Shown here: positions 9,566 to 19,941 of the stretch, piece after piece | How positions within the stretch are numbered: position 1 is the first letter of the stretch | Layout: the number at the start of each line of letters is the position of its first letter | Assembly: GCA_964346655.1 (NCBI GenBank) | Contig: CAYFVP010000055.1 | Coordinates: forward strand, 5,028-69,027 | Origin: an uncultured Thermoplasmatales archaeon | GTDB taxonomy: Archaea; Thermoplasmatota; E2; DHVEG-1 | DNA: 64,000 bases | Reading direction: 5' to 3' | The notes under the pieces: generated by a model | The model's input: only the letters and a program-made list of their open reading frames with translations | The model's database searches: none | Told to the model about the DNA's origin: nothing | Translations under genes and position numbers: made by a program

Positions 9566-10726
9566 ATGGAATACAATTTTGAGGACAGTGATCCTGCAAA
9601 ACGGAAATTTTGGCAGGGAAATATAGCAACAGCTGAAGGTGCTATTGATGCTGGTTGCCGTTTCTTTGCAGGTTATCCAATTACTCCTTCATCTGAGATT
9701 TTACATCATCTTTCTAATAGATTGCCTCAAATTGGCGGTGTATGTGTTCAAATGGAAGATGAAATCGCATCTCTGGGTGCTGTTATTGGAGCTAGTTGGG
9801 CCGGAGTAAAAGCAATGACTGCAACATCTGGTCCTGGTTTTTCATTGATGCAGGAAAACATTGGTTATGCTGTTATGACAGAGACACCTTGTGTGATTGT
9901 TGATGTGATGCGTGTCGGACCGAGCACAGGACAGGCAACTCTAGCTAGTCAGGGAGATGTATATCAAGCACGGTATGGATCGCATTGTGCAGATTATGAA
10001 ATTATCACAGTGGTTCCAAGTTCTGTAAAAGAAAGCTATGAGCTAATTATACAAGCTTTTAATCTTGCTGAGCAATATCGTACACCAGTTATTTTTCTTT
10101 CTGATGGACATTTATCACGCATGAGTGAAACATTTGAAATACAAGAGAAACAGCTTATTATAAATAGAAAAAAACCAACACATAAAGGCGAATCTATTTT
10201 TGGGTCTATTTATGACAGCGAGCTTGTTCCACCTATGCCTTCTTTAGGCGAAGGATATAATGTTTTGGTCACAGGTAGCACGCATGATATTAGGGGATTT
10301 AGAGACACTTTAAATGGAGAAATCCATAGAAAACTAATGCATCGTCTTGTCAAAAAAATAATTCATAATAGAGAGAAAATCATTAAAATCGAGGAAAATA
10401 AACCTGAAGACACAATAATTGGAATTATTAGTTATGGATCTGTTTCAAGAGCTGTCTGGGAGATGCAAGAATTAGCTGAAAAGGAGAATATAAAGCTGGC
10501 TCACTTAAGGCTAATTACTCTCTGGCCTTTCCCAGATGAAAAAGTAAAATCATTTTTAAGCGGACTAAAACATGTGATCGTCCCTGAGCAAAATTCTGGT
10601 TTAATTGTTAGAGAAATTGAGAGATGTACGAATGGAAATACAGATGTTCATTCATTATCAAAAATTGGTGGAGGAGAACCCATTACCCCTAGTGAATTAT
10701 TGGATTTAGTAGTGAGTTTATCATGA
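9566..10726 (+). CDS. korA: 2-oxoacid:ferredoxin oxidoreductase alpha subunit
   Basis: family-typical blocks GYPITPSSEI, TSGPGFSLM and VMRVGPSTG. Confidence 0.8.
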   Translation: MEYNFEDSDPAKRKFWQGNIATAEGAIDAGCRFFAGYPITPSSEILHHLSNRLPQIGGVCVQMEDEIASLGAVIGASWAGVKAMTATSGPGFSLMQENIGYAVMTETPCVIVDVMRVGPSTGQATLASQGDVYQARYGSHCADYEIITVVPSSVKESYELIIQAFNLAEQYRTPVIFLSDGHLSRMSETFEIQEKQLIINRKKPTHKGESIFGSIYDSELVPPMPSLGEGYNVLVTGSTHDIRGFRDTLNGEIHRKLMHRLVKKIIHNREKIIKIEENKPEDTIIGIISYGSVSRAVWEMQELAEKENIKLAHLRLITLWPFPDEKVKSFLSGLKHVIVPEQNSGLIVREIERCTNGNTDVHSLSKIGGGEPITPSELLDLVVSLS

Positions 10727-11454
10727 TCGAGGAAATATATGACAAATTTTTGCGGGTGACTCCAAAATTCTGCATGGGTTGTGGAAATGAAAAAGTAGTT
10801 GATTCTTTGATCCTTGCTATTGATAATTTATATGGTTCAATGGAAGGTTTTGTATTTCTAAGTGGTATTGGTTGTGCAGCATGGATACCAAGTCCTCATT
10901 TTAAAGCAGATACTATACATACAACACATGGGCGTCCAATAACTTTTGCAACTGGGATTAAACTAGCAAATCCTAATTTAAAAGTAGTGGTCATAAGTGG
11001 AGATGGAGACCTTGCTGGAATAGGTGGTAATCACCTTATTCATGCAGCTAGGAGAAACCTTGAGATTACGGTGATTTGCGTAAATAACCTAGTCTATGGT
11101 ATGACTGGTGGTCAATTTAGTCCTACAACACCTCGTGGGGCTATTACAAAAACAACATTAAAGGGTAACCTAGAGTATCCTTTTGATCTAGCAAGATTGG
11201 TAGCAAATGCAGGAGCCTCATATGCTGCTAGATGGACTACCGTTCATAAAACAGAACTCCAAAGTTCTATTGAAAAGGCATTGAAAAAAGGGCAAAAAGG
11301 ATTTGCTTTTATTGAAGTAATCTCACCGTGCCCTACACAATTCACACGTCGGAATCTTAAAGCCTTTCAGACAATAAAAAATCAACTAAATTTTGGAGAG
11401 TTCATTGATGTTGAACGGGACGGTTTTGCAGAGAAATTTCGAAAAAGTATTTGA
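10723..11454 (+). CDS. korB: 2-oxoacid:ferredoxin oxidoreductase beta subunit (intact TPP site)
   Basis: SGIGC, GDGD...NN TPP/Mg motif, YGMTGGQ, YAARWT, IEVISPC. Confidence 0.85.
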   Translation: MIEEIYDKFLRVTPKFCMGCGNEKVVDSLILAIDNLYGSMEGFVFLSGIGCAAWIPSPHFKADTIHTTHGRPITFATGIKLANPNLKVVVISGDGDLAGIGGNHLIHAARRNLEITVICVNNLVYGMTGGQFSPTTPRGAITKTTLKGNLEYPFDLARLVANAGASYAARWTTVHKTELQSSIEKALKKGQKGFAFIEVISPCPTQFTRRNLKAFQTIKNQLNFGEFIDVERDGFAEKFRKSI

Positions 11455-11531
11455 GATAATCATTCAATGGGGGTGAAACTATAAGGATCAAAATTTTAAT
11501 CGCTGGTAATGGAGGGCAAGGAATAATTCTT

Positions 11532-12002
11532 ATGGGAAATATAATTGGTACAGCCGCTACTCTCCATGGGTTGTTTGCAACCCAAGTTAGTACCTATGAT
11601 GCTTCACAGCGTGGCATGCTTGTTCATACTGATATAATTATTTCAAATGAACCTGTTAAGTTTGCTTTTGTAAATAAACCAGATTTCTTTATAGTCATGA
11701 CTCCTCAAGGATTTAATGAGTTCAGTAAAAGGATGGGTGAAGATACATTAGTTTTTATTAATTTGGATCGTATGAATGACTTTAAATTGAATTACCCAGG
11801 AAAAATTATTTCATTACCCGCATCAGAAATTGCAAAAGAAATAGGAAACCCTATTGGAGCAAATTTTGTGATGCTGGGGAAATTTTTGTCAACCACTCAA
11901 ATTATACCATTAGAGATTGTTGAAAAAGCAATAAAACAAAATATACCAGAAAAATTAATAATGAAAAATCTAGAAGCTGTGAGAATAGGAAGTACTATTT
12001 AA
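11532..12002 (+). CDS. korC: 2-oxoacid:ferredoxin oxidoreductase gamma subunit; the conserved N-terminus (IKILIAGNGGQG) lies upstream of the first in-frame start, so an apparent frameshift
   Basis: gamma-subunit GxGGQG motif is encoded in-frame at 11472-11531 but has no start codon; an ATG at 11467 is in another frame across a G5 run. Confidence 0.7.
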   Translation: MGNIIGTAATLHGLFATQVSTYDASQRGMLVHTDIIISNEPVKFAFVNKPDFFIVMTPQGFNEFSKRMGEDTLVFINLDRMNDFKLNYPGKIISLPASEIAKEIGNPIGANFVMLGKFLSTTQIIPLEIVEKAIKQNIPEKLIMKNLEAVRIGSTI

Positions 12003-12283
12003 CTCTAAACATTATACGATCACAAGTCATCTATTTACCACGATTCTCTGCTTCGCTGCAAACTTCTATTACTCTTTCTTTTAAATTGGTAGATTATTTA
12101 AAATCTGCAGCTATAAAATATTTCATAGAAAGTGTTGCCGCCTTTGTTGAAAAAACTAGTTTAAAATGATAAAAAAATTGGTTAAAACAAATGACTGTAA
12201 AACTTTAGAAACATTTATCTATTTAGCCTAACATCGCCATCTTAGGTTTGGCAATCATTAATTGCTTATCTGGGGGAGCAATA

Positions 12284-13066
12284 ATGAAATATGAAACCCT
12301 TGAAATACAAATAGAAAAAGATGTTGCAACAGTGTTTCTTAATAGACCAGAAGTTCACAATGCAATGAATGAAAAATTAATGAAAGAATTAACTGCATGT
12401 TTTAAAAAATTTACCATTGATCAAAGTATTAGAATTATAATTTTAACTGGTAAAGGTAAATCATTCTGCGCTGGTGCCGATCTAAACTGGATGAAAAGCA
12501 TGGCTAAATATGATAAAAATGAAAATATTAAGGATAGTCGGCTTTTATCAAATCTTTTTGAATCAATTTATAATTGTCCAAAACCTGTTATTGCCAGAGT
12601 AAATGGTCATGCTTTTGGTGGTGGATTAGGTTTATTTGTTGTATGTGATATAGTAATTGCTATATCAAATTGTAAGTTTGCGTTTAGTGAGGTAAAACTT
12701 GGAATCATTCCTTCTGTAATCTCAACATATATTGTAAGAAGGATAGGTCTTGCTAATATGAGAAGGCTTTTTGTAACAGGAGAGAGATTCAACTCAGATT
12801 ATGCGCAAAATATTGGTCTAATAGATTTTGTTGTTTCCGAAGATGAATTAAATGATAAAGTCAAGAAATATATTGAATTATTACGATCTTCTGGTCAAAT
12901 TGCAATTAAAGAAGTAAAAAAATTAGTAGATGCATGTGAAAATATGAATAGAAAAGATTATATCGAGTATACAATAAACAAGATTGCAGAACTTAGAGTA
13001 TCTAAAGAAGGACAAGAAGGTATAAATGCTTTTCTTGAAAAAAGAAAACCCGATTGGAGTGGATAG
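12284..13066 (+). CDS. enoyl-CoA hydratase/crotonase family protein
   Basis: crotonase blocks (GKGKSFCAGADL, NGHAFGGGLGL); GGGGGAG SD before the ATG at 12284. Confidence 0.75.
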   Translation: MKYETLEIQIEKDVATVFLNRPEVHNAMNEKLMKELTACFKKFTIDQSIRIIILTGKGKSFCAGADLNWMKSMAKYDKNENIKDSRLLSNLFESIYNCPKPVIARVNGHAFGGGLGLFVVCDIVIAISNCKFAFSEVKLGIIPSVISTYIVRRIGLANMRRLFVTGERFNSDYAQNIGLIDFVVSEDELNDKVKKYIELLRSSGQIAIKEVKKLVDACENMNRKDYIEYTINKIAELRVSKEGQEGINAFLEKRKPDWSG

Positions 13067-14574
13067 TTATTTTCAAAAAAATCCTTATTGCCAACCGTGG
13101 AGAAATTGCCGTCAGAATCATTAAAGCATGCCAGGAAATGGGTATTAAAACTGTTGCAATTTATTCTAATGTTGATAATAATGCTCCTCATGTTCAACTT
13201 GCTGATGAAACTATAAATTTAGGCGATCCAACTCCTATTGAAAGTTATTTAAATATTTCAAAAATTATTAAGATTGCCCAAGATGCTGGAGCAGAAGCAA
13301 TTCATCCGGGTTATGGTTTTCTTGCTGAAAATCCTGATTTTGCCAAATCCTGTAATGATATAGATATCAAGTTTATTGGTCCAAGCCCTGAGGTTATTAG
13401 TCTCATGGGCGATAAAATTGTTGCAAAAACAAAAATGGAAAATGCAGGTGTTCCAGTAATTCCAGGATATCATGGTGATGCTCAAGATAGCTCGTCCTTA
13501 ATAAATGTAGGTAAAAAAATTGGTTTTCCACTTCTAGTTAAAGCTGCAGCAGGTGGTGGTGGAAAAGGGATGAGAATTATATATTCTCAGGACCTTTTAG
13601 AAGAATCAATTGAAAGTGCAAAGCGTGAATCAAAATCTTCATTTGGTAATGACACAGTTTTTCTTGAAAAATATATTGATAAACCCAGACATATTGAGTT
13701 TCAAATTCTTGCAGATGAATATGGCAATACTATTCATCTCTTTGAAAGAGAATGCTCTATTCAAAGAAGGCATCAAAAGATAATCGAAGAAACACCATCT
13801 CCTGTTGTTACATCTGAACTTCGTAAAAAAATGGGAGATGCGGCAGTAGCTGCTGCAAAAGCAGTAGGCTATACAAATGCTGGAACTGTCGAATTTATGG
13901 TTGATGGTAATCTGAACTTCTATTTTATGGAGATGAATACTCGTCTTCAAGTGGAGCATCCCATTACTGAAATGACTACAGGTATTGATCTTGCCAAGTG
14001 GCAATTGAAAATTGCCAGTGGAGAAAAATTAACTATAAAACAAAATGATTTATTTCAAAGAGGTCATGCAATTGAATGTCGAATTTATGCAGAAGATCCT
14101 TCTAATGGTTTTCTTCCTAGTGTTGGAACTATTGGAAAAGTTGAAGCTACAACTGGACCTAATATCAGAAATGATACAGGAATATATTCTGGTATGGAGG
14201 TTACCTCATACTATGATCCGATGCTTGCAAAACTTATAACATATGCAGAAAATAGACTTGATAATATTAACAAGATGATATGGGCTCTTTCTCATTATAT
14301 CATTCTTGGAGTTACCACAAATATATCCTTTCTAAAAGAAGTTCTTGGCCATGTTGAATTTAAAAAAGCAAACATTACAACACATTTCATAGACAATTAT
14401 TTTCAAGATTGGACAGTTACAAAAAATGGTTTACCTATCGATGCGATTATTGCACTTGCAGTATACGATTCTATGCACTCAAAATCCCAAGAAATTGTAA
14501 GATACAAAGAAGCTGATCCTCATTCACCATGGAAGCATGTAGGTAGATGGCGAGTTGGTGGAAGGGAGGTGTAA
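13054..14574 (+). CDS. accC: biotin carboxylase subunit of acetyl/propionyl-CoA carboxylase (archaeal split type)
   Basis: ILIANRGEIAVR, ATP-grasp GGGGKGMR, EMNTRLQVEHPITE. Confidence 0.85.
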   Translation: MEWIVIFKKILIANRGEIAVRIIKACQEMGIKTVAIYSNVDNNAPHVQLADETINLGDPTPIESYLNISKIIKIAQDAGAEAIHPGYGFLAENPDFAKSCNDIDIKFIGPSPEVISLMGDKIVAKTKMENAGVPVIPGYHGDAQDSSSLINVGKKIGFPLLVKAAAGGGGKGMRIIYSQDLLEESIESAKRESKSSFGNDTVFLEKYIDKPRHIEFQILADEYGNTIHLFERECSIQRRHQKIIEETPSPVVTSELRKKMGDAAVAAAKAVGYTNAGTVEFMVDGNLNFYFMEMNTRLQVEHPITEMTTGIDLAKWQLKIASGEKLTIKQNDLFQRGHAIECRIYAEDPSNGFLPSVGTIGKVEATTGPNIRNDTGIYSGMEVTSYYDPMLAKLITYAENRLDNINKMIWALSHYIILGVTTNISFLKEVLGHVEFKKANITTHFIDNYFQDWTVTKNGLPIDAIIALAVYDSMHSKSQEIVRYKEADPHSPWKHVGRWRVGGREV

Positions 14575-14578
14575 ATAG

Positions 14579-15073
14579 TTGTTTATAAATTACGAGCATG
14601 AAAACCATGTTTTCAATGTTACAATTGAACACAAGGATAATTATTATTTTGTTATTTATGATAATACAGAATACAAGGTAGAAGCTGAGGAAATAAAACC
14701 AGGGCAATTGAAAATAAAGATTGGTGATAGAACAGTTAAATCAATTATTACAGAAGGTAATAAAGAAAAATATATTTTTATCGATGGAGCAGTTTTCAAA
14801 GTAAAACCTGTGGAACTTACTGGCCTTAAAAAACAAAAGAAAAAAGATAAAGGCGATCTTGGTTCACCAATATCTGGAAAGGTTGTAAGTGTTAAGGTAA
14901 AAAATGGTGATTCTGTCAAAAAAGGTGATGTTTTAATGATTATTGAGGCCATGAAAATGGAGTATCTTATAAGAGCCCCTTATCCTGGAGTTATAAAAAA
15001 GATAAATTTTAAAGAAAATGAACAAATTGAAATTGGACAGGTTACATTAGAACTCTTTAAAAAGGGAGGATAG
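14579..15073 (+). CDS. accB: biotin carboxyl carrier protein
   Basis: biotinyl-lysine motif IEAMKMEY near the C-terminus; TTG start directly after the accC stop. Confidence 0.8.
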   Translation: MFINYEHENHVFNVTIEHKDNYYFVIYDNTEYKVEAEEIKPGQLKIKIGDRTVKSIITEGNKEKYIFIDGAVFKVKPVELTGLKKQKKKDKGDLGSPISGKVVSVKVKNGDSVKKGDVLMIIEAMKMEYLIRAPYPGVIKKINFKENEQIEIGQVTLELFKKGG

Positions 15074-15077
15074 GTAA

Positions 15078-16685
15078 ATGGATGTTATTGAAAGTAATAT
15101 TGATTCATCTAGTAAGGAGTTTATTGATAATTACAAACATTATGAACTTTTAGTTAAAGATTTAAAGCAAAAAATTTCACAGTTTCAAATGGGTGGTGGT
15201 GAAGAAAAAATAAGGCTTCATAAATCAAGAAATAAAATGCTTGCCCGTGAAAGAATTGAAGCATTAGTTGATCATAATACACCCTTTATGGAATTTAATC
15301 CCCTTGCTGGTTTTGATATGTATAATAATAAAGCACCATGTGCAGGCATTGTTACAGGTATTGGTTTAATACATGGCCGTGAGGTAGTAATTATTGCAAA
15401 TGATGCAACTGTTTCTGGTGGAACGTATTATCCAATGACTGTTAAAAAACATCTTAGAGCTCAAGAAATTGCCCTAACTAACAATTTACCTTGTATATAT
15501 TTGGTAGATTCTGGTGGAGCATTTTTACCGATGCAAGATGAAGTTTTTCCTGATAGAGAGCATTTTGGTAGAATTTTTTATAATCAAGCTGTAATGTCAG
15601 CAAAAGGTATTCCACAAATCTCTTCCGTTATGGGTTCTTGCACTGCTGGAGGTGCGTATGTTCCAGCAATGTCAGATGAAACAATTATTGTAAAGGGAAC
15701 TGGAACAATTTTTTTAGGTGGTCCTCCTCTTGTAAAGGCAGCTACTGGTGAAGAGGTTTCTTCTGAAGATTTAGGTGGAGCAGATGTTCATTGTAGAGAA
15801 AGTGGTGTGTCTGATCATTATGCCCATAATGATACAGAGGCAATTCGCATGCTTAGAAATATTGTTGAAAATCTTAATCGCCCAGAAAAAACTCAACTTG
15901 ATGTTAGAAAACCTGAAGAGCCTAATTATGATATTAAAGAAATTTATGGTGTTATTCCAAAAGACTTGAGAAAACCTTTTGATGTACGAGAGATACTTGC
16001 TAGAGTTATTGACGGTTCAAAGTTTCATGAGTTTAAGTCTCTTTATGGTAAAACAATTGTTTGTGGTTTTGCACGAATTATGGGTTATCCTGTAGGGATT
16101 TTGGCTAATAACGGAGTTCTTTTTTCTGAATCTGCTTTGAAGGGATCACACTTTATTGAGGTATGTTGCCAACGAAAGATACCACTTGTTTTTTTCCAAA
16201 ATATCACTGGTTTTATGGTTGGTAGAAAATATGAAGCAGGTGGCATTGCAAAGGATGGTGCAAAGATGGTTAATGCAGTTGCAACTGCAAATGTTCCAAA
16301 GTTTACTGTTATTATTGGTGGGTCTTTTGGTGCTGGAAACTATGGAATGTGTGGTAGGGCCTATCAACCTAGACAGTTATGGATGTGGCCCAATGCCCGA
16401 ATATCAGTGATGGGTGGTGAGCAAGCAGCTAATGTTCTTTTAACTGTAAAACGTGATCAGCTTTGGAGGAAAGGAAAAGAGCTTACCAAAAAGGAGGAAA
16501 AGGAAATCACAGAGCCCATTTTAAAAAAGTATGAAAAAGAGGGGAATCCATATTATAGTACAGCTAGAATCTGGGACGAGGGTATCATTGATCCTATTGA
16601 TACAAGAATGGTTCTGGGTCTAGGAATTTCTGCCTCTCTTAACGCTCCAATTCCTGATTGGAAGCCTGGAGTATTTAGAATGTAA
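15078..16685 (+). CDS. pccB: acyl-CoA carboxylase carboxyltransferase (beta) subunit
   Basis: carboxyltransferase N and C domains; 535 aa. Confidence 0.85.
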   Translation: MDVIESNIDSSSKEFIDNYKHYELLVKDLKQKISQFQMGGGEEKIRLHKSRNKMLARERIEALVDHNTPFMEFNPLAGFDMYNNKAPCAGIVTGIGLIHGREVVIIANDATVSGGTYYPMTVKKHLRAQEIALTNNLPCIYLVDSGGAFLPMQDEVFPDREHFGRIFYNQAVMSAKGIPQISSVMGSCTAGGAYVPAMSDETIIVKGTGTIFLGGPPLVKAATGEEVSSEDLGGADVHCRESGVSDHYAHNDTEAIRMLRNIVENLNRPEKTQLDVRKPEEPNYDIKEIYGVIPKDLRKPFDVREILARVIDGSKFHEFKSLYGKTIVCGFARIMGYPVGILANNGVLFSESALKGSHFIEVCCQRKIPLVFFQNITGFMVGRKYEAGGIAKDGAKMVNAVATANVPKFTVIIGGSFGAGNYGMCGRAYQPRQLWMWPNARISVMGGEQAANVLLTVKRDQLWRKGKELTKKEEKEITEPILKKYEKEGNPYYSTARIWDEGIIDPIDTRMVLGLGISASLNAPIPDWKPGVFRM

Positions 16686-16699
16686 AGAAAATAAATTTT

Positions 16700-17359
16700 T
16701 TATTCTATTTCTTTGATTAATTTTTCTAGTACTTTGTATCCTCTTATGGCATCTTTTTCTGTTACAATAAATATTATCTCAAGGTCGATTGTGATTAACT
16801 TAATTATATTAATATCGTCCCATGCAAAATTTCTTACAATTTGAAATAATACGCCAGCTGTTTCTGTTAATTTCTTACTGATTAATAAAGATAGAGAGAC
16901 TAGGTTTTTTTTAATATTTAATATTCTCTCACTGTTTAAAAAATTGCATATTTCTTTGTTGTATCGCTCGTTTGTTACAATACTTGCTGAGTTTCTACCA
17001 TAGATTATATGCAATATATCTCCATTTTCAAAATTGATTATATCATATATTTTTTTAAGTTTATCAAAAAGAGTCGGTGATCTTAAAACATTTATATAGA
17101 TTACATTGGTCTTAAGGTTTACTTCACAAGTATATTTATCAAATATTATATCTTTGAATTTTATTTGCATTTTTTCTGCATGTCTTCGTATTGCTGCAAC
17201 TATTGCATAGTGTGCCGCTTCTTTTCCTAGAATATCCTCTATATCAGGTTTTAATTTTTTTGCAACAGACCCATAAGATGCTATGCCCCTTCCTATCGCC
17301 TCTTGTAAATAAACGCTATCATTAATCAATTTATTTACCACATGACTGATGGTAACCAT
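16700..17359 (-). CDS. hypothetical regulatory protein with C-terminal ACT-like fold
   Basis: beta-alpha-beta-beta-alpha-beta hydrophobic periodicity at the C-terminus; no recognisable catalytic motif. Confidence 0.3.
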   Translation of the reverse strand: MVTISHVVNKLINDSVYLQEAIGRGIASYGSVAKKLKPDIEDILGKEAAHYAIVAAIRRHAEKMQIKFKDIIFDKYTCEVNLKTNVIYINVLRSPTLFDKLKKIYDIINFENGDILHIIYGRNSASIVTNERYNKEICNFLNSERILNIKKNLVSLSLLISKKLTETAGVLFQIVRNFAWDDINIIKLITIDLEIIFIVTEKDAIRGYKVLEKLIKEIE

Positions 17360-17594
17360 AGAACCCTGCCAAATATATATTAAAAAATATATATAAATTT
17401 TATGTAAAATATATCATTAATCTGTAATTTAAATGTAATATATTATAACAAATTGTTACACCAATAACTATTTATATAAAAATTGTATTAAAATAAAAAA
17501 TTATTCCAAAATTTTTGTAATAATTTAAGATTTAGAACTATTATTAACAAAAATTATTTACAACATAATAGCCTTTATAAATAAGAAAATTATA

Positions 17595-17894
17595 TTGCTT
17601 AAAGGATTGGGAAACTCTATGAAAGATAAAATATTAAAAGAGGTTCAAGCGTGGTATGACGAACATGAAGAAAAAAACGAAGTATTTTTTGAAGATTTTG
17701 TAGATATTGTTATATCAAAAACTGCCGATGTTTTATTTGAAGAAATAAAAGATGGATTCAAAGAAGAGTTTAATAAGGGAAATCTAAAGCATCCATTTGT
17801 AATTTCACCTGAATATTACCTATACCTAAAATTAAAAGAAATAAAAGAAAAATGTGTTCCTAGTGATTCGACAGATGAACCTTTTGAAGAATAA
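17595..17894 (+). CDS. hypothetical acidic protein
   Basis: ORF with upstream AT-rich promoter region; no motif recognised. Confidence 0.3.
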   Translation: MLKGLGNSMKDKILKEVQAWYDEHEEKNEVFFEDFVDIVISKTADVLFEEIKDGFKEEFNKGNLKHPFVISPEYYLYLKLKEIKEKCVPSDSTDEPFEE

Positions 17895-17953
17895 AATTTA
17901 TCTATTTTTTTCTATTTATATTTTTAAAAATCGAATTGATAGGAAATAAATAA

Positions 17954-18232
17954 ATGAAAATAAAAATAAAACTACTTAGGCCATTTTCAGATGTTGTTGG
18001 TAGAAAAGAATTTTACCTAGATTTTAAAGGACAAAATATTTCAGATCTAATAAAAACTTTAGTAAAAAAGTATCCAAAGTTAGAAAATGAATTTTATAAA
18101 GAGACAAAAGAATTATCTGAGTTTGTGTGTATTTTTGTAAATGATAAACCGATTACTGCATTAGATGGATTGGATACAATTTTAAAAGACGGCAATGAAC
18201 TTTTATTTTTCATGCCTGTTAGTGGTGGATAG
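17954..18232 (+). CDS. MoaD/ThiS/SAMP-like ubiquitin-fold protein ending in Gly-Gly
   Basis: 92 aa, C-terminal ...PVSGG, beta-grasp-like pattern. Confidence 0.7.
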   Translation: MKIKIKLLRPFSDVVGRKEFYLDFKGQNISDLIKTLVKKYPKLENEFYKETKELSEFVCIFVNDKPITALDGLDTILKDGNELLFFMPVSGG

Positions 18233-18556
18233 AGATTTTTTTTTAAAAAAAGAAATCAAAATATTAGTCTTTTTATGAAACAGATGCTTTAATAGTCTGT
18301 ATAAAGTATATATAGCACTAAAACATTTCCATTTACAATATTTTACGGGGAGGCAAGTTTTGGGAAAAAAGAATCCATTGATTTTATTATTAATAACTAT
18401 CTTAATATCATTTATTGATTCTGTTAGACAGAAGGTTTTCTTTTTTGTAAATTTTCAAGTAAATGATTTATATTGTTTTGACGGCCGAGACGGATTATTT
18501 ATGCCTAAAGGAACCTTTATCTCGGGAGGTCAAAAAAGATATCGAGGTGAAAAAAT

Positions 18557-19807
18557 ATGAAAAAAATATACTCTTTAATAACAGTTGGATTAATGATTGC
18601 AACTGCAATATTTTCAATGACCACCGTTTCTGCTGAATGGGAACCTAGCCCTCCATATCAACCAATGCCAATGATTAAAAATGTTAATAAAGATGATTGG
18701 CATGGACGTCCAACAGTGCCTGGGGATAAAAATATTTATTTTACTGCAACAGTAGATTATATGGAAGGACCATTTCATTGGATATATGAATTTACTTTTG
18801 TGGAAGGACAACTAGGTGCACCTGATAATCCTATCTTTGTAGAAAGTGATAATGATTTGGAATACAATAGAATGAATCCTACATGGTTTTTTACATATGG
18901 ATTTAATTTTGTTAGTACTTATACTGTAAAAATAAAAGTTTATAACGATACAGGAAAACAAGCATCTTGGCCACAGCTCATCCCAGCTGATAATTATACA
19001 TATATCGATTTAAATGTTAACGCTAATAGTGAAGATAGAAATTACGTTGGTATCTCTAATTGCACCTATGATTGGTTAAATTTGCCAGATGGTTTTTACC
19101 CTGAAAAATATGGGGTACCTGTACGCTTAAAAGGATCTGGAGAAATTGATGATCTCTATCAGTATTCTGGTTTTACGGAGGAAATAAGTTGGAAATTCGA
19201 AGGAGGTCCATACCTTGATGGTGACTGGGAATGTGAAAAAATGCATGATGTAAATATGACAGGTGATGATGATGCTTTATTTGATATAACCTTAAAATAT
19301 AAAGTCATTTGGGGTGACGAAGAACGGAATGAGTATTGGGAAGATGAAAATACAATAGAGAATGATGTTCTTATTTATTCTAATTGGTTTTGGATGGAAC
19401 TAGATGTTTATCATTGGAGATACGGAGATACATTTTTACATAATCAGCCAGCATGGTTTCGCGGAACCTATTATGTTTATCCTTCTATTACTGAACCACA
19501 AGGAATTCCTACATTTAGAAAAACACCTGAAGTTAAGGTAAATATATCTGTGTTTATCAATGTTAATCCACCATTTGCACAAGAAGATGAAAAGTTAATA
19601 GATTCAACTATCGATGAGTTAGGTAGAAGAAATCCAAGTCAAAATTATCAATGGTGCCAGGGAAATTTTAATATTGAAACATATTGGTGTGAACATACCG
19701 GTCATTGTCAATTAAGAGGTACTGTATATTTCCTTGACACATATCCAGAGTATAAAGACTTATTATGGCAAGATGAATATTACGATTTTTGGGTTATTGT
19801 ACTCTAG
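18557..19807 (+). CDS. secreted Trp/Tyr-rich hypothetical protein (signal peptide)
   Basis: N-terminal MKKIYSLITVGLMIATAIFSMTTVSA; GAGGTGA SD; many N-x-S/T sites. Confidence 0.5.
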   Translation: MKKIYSLITVGLMIATAIFSMTTVSAEWEPSPPYQPMPMIKNVNKDDWHGRPTVPGDKNIYFTATVDYMEGPFHWIYEFTFVEGQLGAPDNPIFVESDNDLEYNRMNPTWFFTYGFNFVSTYTVKIKVYNDTGKQASWPQLIPADNYTYIDLNVNANSEDRNYVGISNCTYDWLNLPDGFYPEKYGVPVRLKGSGEIDDLYQYSGFTEEISWKFEGGPYLDGDWECEKMHDVNMTGDDDALFDITLKYKVIWGDEERNEYWEDENTIENDVLIYSNWFWMELDVYHWRYGDTFLHNQPAWFRGTYYVYPSITEPQGIPTFRKTPEVKVNISVFINVNPPFAQEDEKLIDSTIDELGRRNPSQNYQWCQGNFNIETYWCEHTGHCQLRGTVYFLDTYPEYKDLLWQDEYYDFWVIVL

Positions 19808-19839
19808 AAATCCATCATAATTGATAAATAAATTATAAG

Positions 19840-19890
19840 CCCTCCTTTATGATCATTTATTGGTCATGGAAGAGGGAATCATTTTTTTTC
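19840..19890 (+). terminator. imperfect hairpin followed by a T8 run downstream of 18557..19807
   Basis: cctcctttATGATCAt...tggtcatggaagagg then attttttttc. Confidence 0.3.
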
Positions 19891-19941
19891 ATCGAAAAAG
19901 ATTATTTTTATATTGTTTTCTGTTTTTAAAAATTTTAAAAT

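Noticed and set aside
18360-18560. 66-aa TTG-initiated ORF overlapping the start of the secreted protein gene
   Set aside because: No SD and a hydrophobic low-complexity product. The region is better explained as the 5' leader of 18557..19807, which has its own GAGGTGA SD.
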